The notes under the pieces: model-generated
The model's database searches: none
What the model was told of the DNA's origin: nothing
What the model saw: only the letters and a program-made list of their open reading frames with translations
Position numbers and translations under genes: made by a program
Part shown: positions 10,196 through 18,932 of the stretch, piece after piece
Layout: every line of letters starts with the position of its first letter
How positions within the stretch are numbered: position 1 is the stretch's first letter
Assembly: GCA_963764165.1 (NCBI GenBank)
Contig: CAVXRD010000001.1
Coordinates: forward strand, 512,001 to 576,000
Origin: an uncultured Verrucomicrobiae bacterium
Lineage (GTDB): Bacteria; Verrucomicrobiota; Verrucomicrobiia; Limisphaerales; Palsa-1400
Direction of reading: 5' to 3'
Length of the DNA stretch: 64,000 nucleotides

Positions 10196-13132
10196 TTAAA
10201 TCTCCGAGTCGAATTTGTAAGTGCCCGAGCCGACCTCAAAAATGGCGTTGTCGTTTTCCTGGCGGAGGAAACGGATTCCCTCAGCTCGCTTGATGCTCTT
10301 GCCGCCCTCGGTGACGTTGGCGGCGTCTTTGGTCGGAACGCAAATGGTGGCGGTGGTGTTGGCGGGGATGGTTACGTTGAGCGCCAGCTTGCTTCCGCTG
10401 AGCTTCCACGAAGTCGCGATGCGGCCGTGGATGGAATCGTATTGGGCCCGCGCCCAGGTCAAACTGTTGGTCAGAATCGCCGGCTTGATCAAGATCGAGG
10501 CAAATCCTGGACTTGCGGGACGAATTCCGCCGACGTATCCGAACAGGTATTCTCCGCATGAGCCGAGAGAATAATGGTTGAACGAATTCATGCCCGGGTC
10601 CTGAAATCCTTTATCCGGCGTCCAGCCATCCCAACGCTCCCATATCGTCGTGGCTCCGTGTTTCACGGAGAATAACCACGAGGGAAACGTATCCTGCGTC
10701 AGCAATTTGCCGGCCGTATCGAGGTAACCGTTGTCCGTCAGCATCGGCAAAAGATAACTGACTCCAATGAAACCGGTGGAGAGATGATTGCTCCTCGATT
10801 GAATGTCATGAGCCAGATATTCCGCCGCTTTAGCCTTCAAATTGTCCGGCAGCAAACCAAACTTGAGCGCCATCGCATAATCCGTCTGCGTATCATCCCG
10901 GATGCGCCCGTCTTCGGCGACGAATTTTTTGACGAAGGCTGCTTTGATATCCTCAAACAGTGAATTATACCTGGCAGCCTCATCTCCCCGGCCCAGCACT
11001 TCGCAGGACTTGGCGAGCAGATGCGTCGAATAAGCAAAGAACGCGGTGCCGATCACGGACTTGGGAGTTTCGACTCCGTTGTTCAGCCAGTCGCCGTAAT
11101 CGTTGCCGCGATCTTTGTCACGTATAAGACCCGTGCTGTGGGCGCGAAGGTATTCGACCCACTTGATCATGTAAGGCAGATTTTTTTCGAGAATGCGTTT
11201 GTCGCCGTAAGCGTCGTAAATCGTCCACGGGCAAATTACGCCCGCATCCCCCCAGGCTGGAACGCTGTTGGCGCCCATGGTGTTGGGACTGACATCACTG
11301 AACGAGCCTTCCAGCGTCTGTCCGTCGTCGACATCAACCATCCACTTCGTGAAAAATCCGGCCACATCGGCGTTGTAGGTGGCGGTGCGAACGAACACTT
11401 GCGCGTCACCCATCCATCCGAGGCGCTCGTCGCGCTGCGGGCAATCGGTCGGGATGCTGATGTAATTTCCGAGCTGGCCCCACTGAATGTTTGACTGAAG
11501 CCGGTTTAAGCGCGGATCGGAGCAGGAAAATTCACCCGTGCGCGGGACGTCCGAGGCGATGACAATTCCCGTCACCGCATCCATCGAAGGCGTGGAGTCC
11601 AAGCCTGTCAACTCCACGTAACGGAATCCGTGAAATGTAAAACGAGGATGCCAGACTTCTGTGCCTTTTCCGCTGCAAATATAGTGGTCCACCGAAGGCG
11701 CGCCGCGGAGATTAGCGACGTAAATGGTTCCGTCGGGATTGAGCATTTCAGCGTGGTGTATGGTGACTCTGGTTCCGGCGGACGCGGAAATTTTCAACCG
11801 GACAAATCCGACCATGTTCTGCCCCATGTCATAAACCCAATGGCCGGGCGCGGATTCCTTCAGCGTCTTCGGCTTCAATTCCGTGATTTCGCGAACCGGC
11901 GGGGAGGCGACGCCATCGAATTCTATTTTCGGCTCTTCCTTAATCGACGAAGGCAGCCACGCGCTTTCATCCAAGCCCGCTTTGTCCCAGCCCGCCATTT
12001 CAGCGCGCGCGTCGTAAGTCTCGCCCTGCATGAAATCGGAGGAAATGATGGGGCTGGTGTGAACCTTCCACGAAGAATCGGTGGCAATGCGCTCGGTCTG
12101 CCCGTCCGCGTAGGTAATTTCCAATTGCGCCATCAATGCCGGAACTTTCCCGAAATACTGAAAGCCGCCATTGCCAATGTGCCCGCTATACCATCCGTCG
12201 CCCAGCATCGCGCCCATGGCGTTGGGGCCGATTTTAAGCATTCCAGTGACATCGTAAGTTTGGTAACGGATGCGCTTGCGATAATCTGTCCAATCCGGCG
12301 CCAAAATAATATCGCCAACCTTCGCTCCGTTGATGTGCATTTCATAGAGCCCCAGCGCTGTCACATAAAGTGTCGCGCTTTTAATCCGCCGTGAAAGGTC
12401 GAATGTCTTGCGAAAGCAAGGAACACGGTCGGCGTCGTCCGGCAGGGTCAGCAATTCATTTTCATTGATTTCCTTGCGCCGCGCCTCGCCCCCGACTGCG
12501 TAGTCGACTTCCAGCGTCTTTTTTTGGTTGGGGGCGGGATCGGGGCCGAGCGCCTTATTGTCCGCCAGCATCACCAGGCGGTTATTCGCGATGTGGCTGG
12601 AAAGCTTGGCTGTCACGTCAGCCCGCATGCCGCCAACTGTTGAACTGTAGACGGCCTTTTGAATGACTAGTTCGCGTCCTGTGGCCGTCGCGAGGGATTC
12701 GCCCGTGATCCATTGAGCATTCCAGTCCGATGGCTGGAGCAATCCCATCTCCCAAAGAGCCGGTTTGCTCCAGTGGCTCGCACTGCCTGTTTGATCCCAT
12801 GCGCGCACTTTCCAGTAGCAATCCTGCCGTGAGGAAAGCGGCCTGCCCCTGTAAACTATCTGCGTCGAGTCCGCCGAAGAAACGATGCCGCTATCCCACA
12901 AATCGCCTTGGTTGGAATTCAGCAGTTTTGGCGAAGATGCAACGAGAATCTGGTAAGCCGATTGCCTTTCGCCCCGGCGATTCGAGGTGATGATCCAGCT
13001 CAATCGCGGCTGAACCGAGTCAATCCCCAGCGGATTGTCCAGGTACTCGCAGCGCAGATTTGCGACATCAGCGGCGAGCAATTTGGTTGCGAGAAGAGTG
13101 AGCGCAATGAAAGTTTGGGAGAGGCGTTTCAT
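10196..13132 (-). CDS. Alpha-L-rhamnosidase, GH78
   Basis: LRCEY..NPLGID, DMGQNMVG, FTFHGFRY, PTDCPQRDERLGWMGD, GATTIWERW, MNSFNHY. Confidence 0.95.
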   Translation of the reverse strand: MKRLSQTFIALTLLATKLLAADVANLRCEYLDNPLGIDSVQPRLSWIITSNRRGERQSAYQILVASSPKLLNSNQGDLWDSGIVSSADSTQIVYRGRPLSSRQDCYWKVRAWDQTGSASHWSKPALWEMGLLQPSDWNAQWITGESLATATGRELVIQKAVYSSTVGGMRADVTAKLSSHIANNRLVMLADNKALGPDPAPNQKKTLEVDYAVGGEARRKEINENELLTLPDDADRVPCFRKTFDLSRRIKSATLYVTALGLYEMHINGAKVGDIILAPDWTDYRKRIRYQTYDVTGMLKIGPNAMGAMLGDGWYSGHIGNGGFQYFGKVPALMAQLEITYADGQTERIATDSSWKVHTSPIISSDFMQGETYDARAEMAGWDKAGLDESAWLPSSIKEEPKIEFDGVASPPVREITELKPKTLKESAPGHWVYDMGQNMVGFVRLKISASAGTRVTIHHAEMLNPDGTIYVANLRGAPSVDHYICSGKGTEVWHPRFTFHGFRYVELTGLDSTPSMDAVTGIVIASDVPRTGEFSCSDPRLNRLQSNIQWGQLGNYISIPTDCPQRDERLGWMGDAQVFVRTATYNADVAGFFTKWMVDVDDGQTLEGSFSDVSPNTMGANSVPAWGDAGVICPWTIYDAYGDKRILEKNLPYMIKWVEYLRAHSTGLIRDKDRGNDYGDWLNNGVETPKSVIGTAFFAYSTHLLAKSCEVLGRGDEAARYNSLFEDIKAAFVKKFVAEDGRIRDDTQTDYAMALKFGLLPDNLKAKAAEYLAHDIQSRSNHLSTGFIGVSYLLPMLTDNGYLDTAGKLLTQDTFPSWLFSVKHGATTIWERWDGWTPDKGFQDPGMNSFNHYSLGSCGEYLFGYVGGIRPASPGFASILIKPAILTNSLTWARAQYDSIHGRIATSWKLSGSKLALNVTIPANTTATICVPTKDAANVTEGGKSIKRAEGIRFLRQENDNAIFEVGSGTYKFDSEI

Positions 13133-13407
13133 TAAAATGTATCTTTAACTTCCCGCGAGAATGCCATCCAATGTGTGCCCGTCAGCCCTGTCCATCGCGG
13201 CAATTTCTCCCGAGTTCAATATATAGCAGTGCTTAATTGCGTCTCAATTTTAGCCGCAAGCACAGGCGGGGGTCTATCCCTAGATTCGGTGAGTGTCGGT
13301 TAACCGAAATCGGTAGGGTGAGGCCGCGAGGCATTTTCATTATTCGCAAGAAGATCGGACTTATAGGACCTATAAGACTTAGGGGACGGCTCGTCATCCC
13401 CTCTGCT

Positions 13408-14136
13408 TTAACTTCCAGTCTGCGATTTGGAGGCCATGTAGCGAATCACGGCTTCCGTCCGCGAGCGCACGTGCATTTTGCTGAAGACATGTTTCAGATG
13501 GCTGCAAACGGTGTCGATGCTCAGGTTAAGCTTGTCAGCTATGATTTTGTTCGAATAGCCCTGGGCCAACAGCAGAAGAATTTGCTCCTCGCGCACCGAA
13601 AGATGCGTCGACTCGTCGCGCACCTGCGCTTTGCGCCGGAACGATTCGATTACGCGGCGGGCGATTTGGCTCGTCATCGGAGCGCCGCCGCCGAGCACAT
13701 CCAGCAATGCCGCGCGCAACTCGGCCGGCTTCGTCCGTTTCAGAAGATAACCATCCGCTCCCGCCTCCAGCGCCAGAAACACCAGTTCCTGATCATCCAT
13801 CGCCGTCAGGATGACGATCTGCGCGGCGGGCAAAAGCGTCTTGATCTTGGAAGTGCATTCGATGCCGGACATGCGCGGCAGGAAAATATCCATCAGCACA
13901 ACGTCCGGCTCTTCTGGCGGAATGACGCGCAGCGCCTCTTCCCCCGTCGCGCAAGCGCAGACGCAGGTGAAATCCTTGAACGAATTAATGAGATGCACCC
14001 AGCTGTCACGCACCTTCGGCTGGTCTTCGACCAATGCGACGCGGATGGGTGTTTTGGGCGCCGCTCCGGCTGCGCCCCTGCCGCCGGCTGGCTTCTCTGC
14101 CGCGGTGGATGGCGGCGCTGAAAGTTTCACAGACAT
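13408..14136 (-). CDS. NarL/LuxR-family response regulator
   Basis: LVEDQ...LMDIFLP REC domain; LSVREEQIL...GYSNK HTH. Confidence 0.95.
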   Translation of the reverse strand: MSVKLSAPPSTAAEKPAGGRGAAGAAPKTPIRVALVEDQPKVRDSWVHLINSFKDFTCVCACATGEEALRVIPPEEPDVVLMDIFLPRMSGIECTSKIKTLLPAAQIVILTAMDDQELVFLALEAGADGYLLKRTKPAELRAALLDVLGGGAPMTSQIARRVIESFRRKAQVRDESTHLSVREEQILLLLAQGYSNKIIADKLNLSIDTVCSHLKHVFSKMHVRSRTEAVIRYMASKSQTGS

Positions 14137-14142
14137 GATTTT

Positions 14143-15642
14143 TTATAATGCCTTCGTCTCGATGATTGGCTCGGGAGCGGGCTGCACCTTGGCGAAGCGG
14201 CTCCAAAAATATCGCCGCGACTTCTTCAAGGGAAGGCTAAACTGAATCCGGCAGCCTTTTCCCGGCTCGCTGGCAATATCGCACGCCCCGCCCACTTCGC
14301 GAATTCGCTCCGCCATGTTGGTGAACCCGTTGCGGCCCGGTTTGAGGTTCGCCTTGTCGAAGCCGCGCCCGTTGTCGGCGATTTCCACCAATAGTTTCTC
14401 GCCATGAAAGCTGATGCGCAGCGTCAACTCGCTGGCTTCCGAGTATTTGACGGCGTTGTTGAGCGATTCCTTGATTGCCATCAGCAGCGCGCGGCGCACC
14501 GGCAGCGCCAAAACCAGCGATGACATTTCCGGGGCGATATTGAACAGGCACTGAATCTGCGTCGGCTTCAAATATTCCTGCGCGTAACCGCACACGTAGG
14601 ACGAAAAATCGCTGAACGTGTCGTGGCGCGGGCTGACGGCCCAAAGAATTTCGTCCATCGTGGAAAGAACGCCGCGCGCTTCCTCGCAGATGCGGTCGAT
14701 CTGCTGTCGGGTGGTGGAATCGGGCGGCAGTTCGCTCTGGGCGACTTCGCCATGCAGCACCAACTGCGTCATGCGCGACCCGAGATCGTCGTGAATATCG
14801 CGGGCGATGCGGGCGCGCTCGCGCTTGAGCAGCCACTCTTCTTTTCGATGCGTCGACAATTGGGAAATGAGCCGGCCAGTGATGATGAGGGCCACCGCCA
14901 GTATTGATGCCAGCAGGATTTGGAACCATCCCGTTTGCCAGAAATAGAGCTGGATTGGCAAAAGCGTTGGCATGGGATTCACGTTCTCAGGCTTTTCCCA
15001 CCACGGTGTATCTCCTAGAAATCCAACGATGGTCGCGCGCGGCCAATCTTCCGGGGCGACCGTCAATGTTTCCCAATGGCGGCTCCCTTCCGGCACGATG
15101 CGCCATTTTCGGTCCGACCCAATCGTCATCGTTGTTCCGTCGGCGAAATCGATCCGCAAACCAAAAATCATCCCGGCGAAGGAGGAGGAATTGTAGGCGG
15201 TCACGGCGAGTGTGTGCCAGCCGGGCGAAAGCAGCGGCGTGATGTTGTAATCATATAACTCGCGCCACTCCGCGCCATGCCCCAGTTCGCGGCCATCGAG
15301 CATCAACGTGTATTCGTTGTCGGCGGTGACTAACAGCCGCGAGTGGATGATGGCCGACTTGGAAGGGATTTCAAAGGACCTCCATAACCGGCACGTCTGG
15401 CGATCCTGCGTTTTCGAGTCCCAAATCCAGTTGCCGAGGCTGTTGGTCAAATCTTCGGCGCCAGTGGCGGCAACTTTCAGGTTGCGGCTATTGGTTGGCT
15501 GGCCGAATGCCATCAGGCCAAATGCCAAAAGGCTGGCGGCGATCAAAACGAGACGGACCCGAGCCAGCGATTTCTTGGAACAAACCCCGGCGCGAATGAA
15601 TGGGCGCAAACTCAAAGAAGGAATGAAGAAAGTGGAGTCCAT
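14143..15642 (-). CDS. Sensor histidine kinase (HisKA_3) with CBM67-like extracellular beta-sandwich
   Basis: ERARIARDIHDDLG, ESLNNAVKY, DNGRGF; extracellular WIW...ADN...W...LAVTAYN...AG...SD..W. Confidence 0.9.
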   Translation of the reverse strand: MDSTFFIPSLSLRPFIRAGVCSKKSLARVRLVLIAASLLAFGLMAFGQPTNSRNLKVAATGAEDLTNSLGNWIWDSKTQDRQTCRLWRSFEIPSKSAIIHSRLLVTADNEYTLMLDGRELGHGAEWRELYDYNITPLLSPGWHTLAVTAYNSSSFAGMIFGLRIDFADGTTMTIGSDRKWRIVPEGSRHWETLTVAPEDWPRATIVGFLGDTPWWEKPENVNPMPTLLPIQLYFWQTGWFQILLASILAVALIITGRLISQLSTHRKEEWLLKRERARIARDIHDDLGSRMTQLVLHGEVAQSELPPDSTTRQQIDRICEEARGVLSTMDEILWAVSPRHDTFSDFSSYVCGYAQEYLKPTQIQCLFNIAPEMSSLVLALPVRRALLMAIKESLNNAVKYSEASELTLRISFHGEKLLVEIADNGRGFDKANLKPGRNGFTNMAERIREVGGACDIASEPGKGCRIQFSLPLKKSRRYFWSRFAKVQPAPEPIIETKAL

Positions 15643-15710
15643 CTGTTGGGCTTACTAGCAGCAATTCATGCCTGAGTCAAACAAGTCTGGCAAATCTCAG
15701 AAAGGGAATG

Positions 15711-15740
15711 CCGCGGATGGACGCAGATCAACGCAGATAA
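15711..15740 (+). repeat. Intergenic 10-nt periodic repeat (copy 1 of 3)
   Basis: CCGCGGATGG ACGCAGATCA ACGCAGATAA; related copies at 17601-17630 and 56071-56100. Confidence 0.7.
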
Positions 15741-15905
15741 AAAATTCGCGAACGCGACAAGTGAGATTGCGACTCCGGCCACGGCTCGCAACAAATGGTC
15801 ATCGTAGAGCAGGAAAATAAACCAAAATGCAAATATGCCGCCAGGCCTTCGATCAAACGAAGAACCGCGCCCTGCGCCCGGGTCAGCCCCATGACAATTC
15901 GCTGT

Positions 15906-16258
15906 CATGGGTGCACTTTTACACATCCGCCGCGAAAACGAAAACCTACCAGAGGTTTTTTGGCACGATTTTTGGAGAAAAAATGCGGAAGAGGGTTTTA
16001 AACGCGCCGGGTATACGTTTGAGGCTCAAAAAGACGCAAAGTGTTATAGGGTGATATAGGGTGCAATGCTCTCTTTCCGGCGAAATCCGTTTGGACGGCC
16101 CCAATGACAGGGCAACCAGACTGGGGCGCATGAACATGAAGTGGCGCGCTGCGCTTCTTCCCTCAATATGACCTTGCATATGCATGGACGCACTTTGGCA
16201 CGGACGGCGCGGGATGGAAAACCTACCAGAGTGTTTTCGGCACGATTAATGGGGAAAA
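15906..16258 (-). promoter_or_regulatory. Duplicated 76-bp putative promoter/operator module (15906-15981 and 16183-16258)
   Basis: Ungapped copies 277 bp apart; the 42-bp core GAAAACCTACCAGAG..TTTT.GGCACGATT..TGG.GAAAA matches 36/42; both read TGn-(A/C)AAAGT-N6-ATG on the minus strand. Confidence 0.55.
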
Positions 16259-16391
16259 TTTAATCTGGAACGCCCGAACTCAGGAAAAGAACCTGCAGTG
16301 GGTTTCGCGCGCGTCGTTAATCCGGGTCCGCGTTGCGCATTCATTGGTCAATGCTCATTGGACGCCACAATTCAAGATAAGCATCTTGAAA

Positions 16392-16616
16392 TCACGCCGG
16401 CGGGGGCAATGTCGGGGGACGGGACTGTGCTTTGACGAAAGCGAGGGCGCGGCGGCGAATGCCTTCCGTAAACATTTCACGCGAAACACCTGGGGTATTT
16501 TTCAAAGCGTCTTCCAACCGCGCCTCATAATCGGCCTGCCGATGCTGACGCTGCCGGGAGTCGCATTCACCCAAGGCCAGATAAGCCTATATCAGGGCCT
16601 CCAACTCCGGATTCAT
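16392..16616 (-). pseudogene. Small hypothetical gene interrupted by an in-frame TAG at codon 10
   Basis: ATG 16616 overlaps the upstream stop (ATGA); MNPELEALI*AYLALGECDSRQ...KAQSRPPTLPPPA; TAG at 16587-16589. Confidence 0.65.
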
Positions 16617-17011
16617 TCAGGAAACACTTTTTGCAGGAGTTCCTCGGCTTGGGCATCGGTGAGTCTGTTGCCATGCCACATGGCGAGGTCGTCTTTGAGC
16701 ATCCGCTGGGTGGCGGCAACCATAGCGGCTATATCCCGATCCGGGAAGGCCGGAGTGCTTGTAGCGGATGACAAGAGTTCGCCAAAGGCAATCATCGTTT
16801 CCAATGTCGCTTTGTGTTTGCGCAGCTCCTCAACTTTGGGGTTCTCAACGAAATGGGTCCATGGGTACATGCGCAGGGGGCTGGCCATGTTCGCCCAGTC
16901 CTCAGCATCGGCGGTTAGTTCCTGGAAAATTCGGCTGGTGGCGCGTTCGATGAAGTTCGGCGGGACGATCAAGGAATCGCTCTCGGTGCTGGGCATGGCG
17001 GCCACGCTCAT
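16613..17011 (-). CDS. Hypothetical protein, 132 aa
   Basis: Protein-like helical composition; translationally coupled to the downstream small gene. Confidence 0.7.
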   Translation of the reverse strand: MSVAAMPSTESDSLIVPPNFIERATSRIFQELTADAEDWANMASPLRMYPWTHFVENPKVEELRKHKATLETMIAFGELLSSATSTPAFPDRDIAAMVAATQRMLKDDLAMWHGNRLTDAQAEELLQKVFPE

Positions 17012-17299
17012 GGCTGCAATTTAGTCCGTTGACGCCCACGAAGCAAGGCGATAAAACGACTGACATCTGCCAGCCATCATGCACAAATCATTGCCACACA
17101 TGTGGTTGGAAATGGGTCCAATGAGAGGACTCGAAAAACCGCATTCCACTTTTGCGGCCACGTATCATCCTTCTGGCGACAAGCGAGATCGCTACTCGGT
17201 CGTTCTTTGGATGGCATTCCCCATCCATCAATGGCAAAGTGCCCCTTTGGTGGAATGAAGAGGGTTTGATTGAATGTAGTGAGGCTCTCAATAATATCA

Positions 17300-17358
17300 G
17301 GGCGGCGACGCAGCACCGCCCTACCTTACTTTGGTAGGGCGGACCTGCGTGTCCGCCC
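17300..17358. repeat. GTAG-family REP pair (second sequence type)
   Basis: GGGCGGCGACGCAGCACCGCCCTACC-ttacttt-GGTAGGGCGGACCTGCGTGTCCGCCC. Confidence 0.6.
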
Positions 17359-18065
17359 AAATATTCCCCCCACTTTCAATCACACCCGAATTTAGAATGG
17401 AGACAAAATAAGAGTTGCCGAAAACCCATCTTTAGGTATTGTAGTTTCCAGCATACCTGCCAAGCCTCTGGCGCAAGCCAAGCTCAAATGTGGCGGGTTT
17501 TTTATTGCCACGATTGTGGGGGGCAGCAACTCAAGTGATTGCTGTTGTGGATAGCGCCGCAAAGCCGATGGGCCAGAAGGCGACGCGCCAGACAAAATAG
17601 CCGCAGACGGACTCAGATCAACACAGACTAATCAAAAACCTGTGTGAATTTGCGTTCAAGTTGTTAAAACCCGTATGAATAAGGGGTTTCTTGATGCGAT
17701 GGACGGCCACAGCCAGCGAAACTGTCAGTCAGGCAACAGATAGCAAAACAATTCGCCAATACTGGCCCAGTCGCCCCCAGCAAAGACTGAGGTTGCGCAC
17801 CATGCCATCGGTAAACTTGAGTTTTTGGAAGTTGTGGATGCACGAGACTCTTTACGACAAGGCCACGAAGAAATTTGTCGCACGCCCGTAAATGGGTCGC
17901 AGCTACTATTATGATTGAAAACGGTTGACCTCGTTGGAGAGATTGATTAAGCGTTTGGAGGCAAGTCCACGATTGGTGAAACGACCGCCGCTCCTTTTTT
18001 GGACTGACGAAGCGCTCAATGTCTGTGGGCTACCCGTCTGATCCTAAGTCAATTCGAAGCAACTG

Positions 18066-18845
18066 ATGACTGTGCCGTTTCTCGACGAGCAACTCGTACC
18101 GAAAGACTTGCGAACTAAACAGGTTCTTGCAGGTCTGTTTCTCTCTCGATTTGACAGGGAAGGATTACTTTCACTCGGATTCGCAAGTTTTACCGAAGCC
18201 TTTAATGCTATCGGTTTCGCATTGGGCGCTCGCCCTGCCTCAATCAAAAACTACCGCGACGAATTTGATCCAATCCATTCGTCAAAAAGGAAGGGATGGC
18301 ACAAACGAGCGATGCGCGATTACTGCAAAATTGCGAGCGACAATTACGGAGAGTTGTCGCTAAACGATTTTGCTGCGCTATTGAAATCCTTGATTTACGA
18401 ACGGGGTTCGCTTGATCTCATTACTGAAGAGATTGAATCCGAGGAAGGAAGAGAAAGCTCGTTCGCAAAGCGCCTGATAACGGGTCAGGCAGCGGAAAGA
18501 TACTTTGAAGAGGTTCACCCGACTCTCCCGACGCTGGCGGATTATTCACTGGAGAACGTCACAGATTTCGGGTGCGGTTTTGACTTTCGATTACGAAAAT
18601 CAAAATCGGACGATTTTCTGGCAGTTGAGGTAAAGGGTTTGAACACCGCCCGGGGAGCAATATCTCTCACAGAGAAGGAACACCGTATTGCCGATTTTCT
18701 GTCCTCACGATTTTATTTGTTCGTCGTCCGCAATTTTCGAAAAAAGCCCTTTCACACAATTTACTGCAACCCGTTAAGATCGGAACTTAGATTTTCGCGC
18801 CAAGAGAGGCTAATCACTCAAGTAAATTGGCGGGTTTCGGTTTAA
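18066..18845 (+). CDS. DUF3883 / NO VEIN C-terminal-like PD-(D/E)XK endonuclease
   Basis: TGQAAERYF...GCGFDF...AVEVKG...SLTEKE...FYLFVV pattern; visibly AT-richer than flanking genes. Confidence 0.75.
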   Translation: MTVPFLDEQLVPKDLRTKQVLAGLFLSRFDREGLLSLGFASFTEAFNAIGFALGARPASIKNYRDEFDPIHSSKRKGWHKRAMRDYCKIASDNYGELSLNDFAALLKSLIYERGSLDLITEEIESEEGRESSFAKRLITGQAAERYFEEVHPTLPTLADYSLENVTDFGCGFDFRLRKSKSDDFLAVEVKGLNTARGAISLTEKEHRIADFLSSRFYLFVVRNFRKKPFHTIYCNPLRSELRFSRQERLITQVNWRVSV

Positions 18846-18932
18846 CAAGGGAAAAAAGGCGTCAGACCAACATAATCGCATAATTACACGCGGATTTCGG
18901 AACTCCATTCTTCCAACCTGCGACAGACTGGC

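Noticed and set aside
15961..15975. Sigma54 promoter TGGCACGATTTTTGG
   Set aside because: The -12 element is TTGG rather than TTGC, the second copy is weaker, and no plus-strand gene follows
17540..17600. c-di-GMP-I riboswitch (CGCAAAGCC...GGCC..AAGG)
   Set aside because: The upstream GGCAAA/GNRA hairpin and P1 pairing are missing
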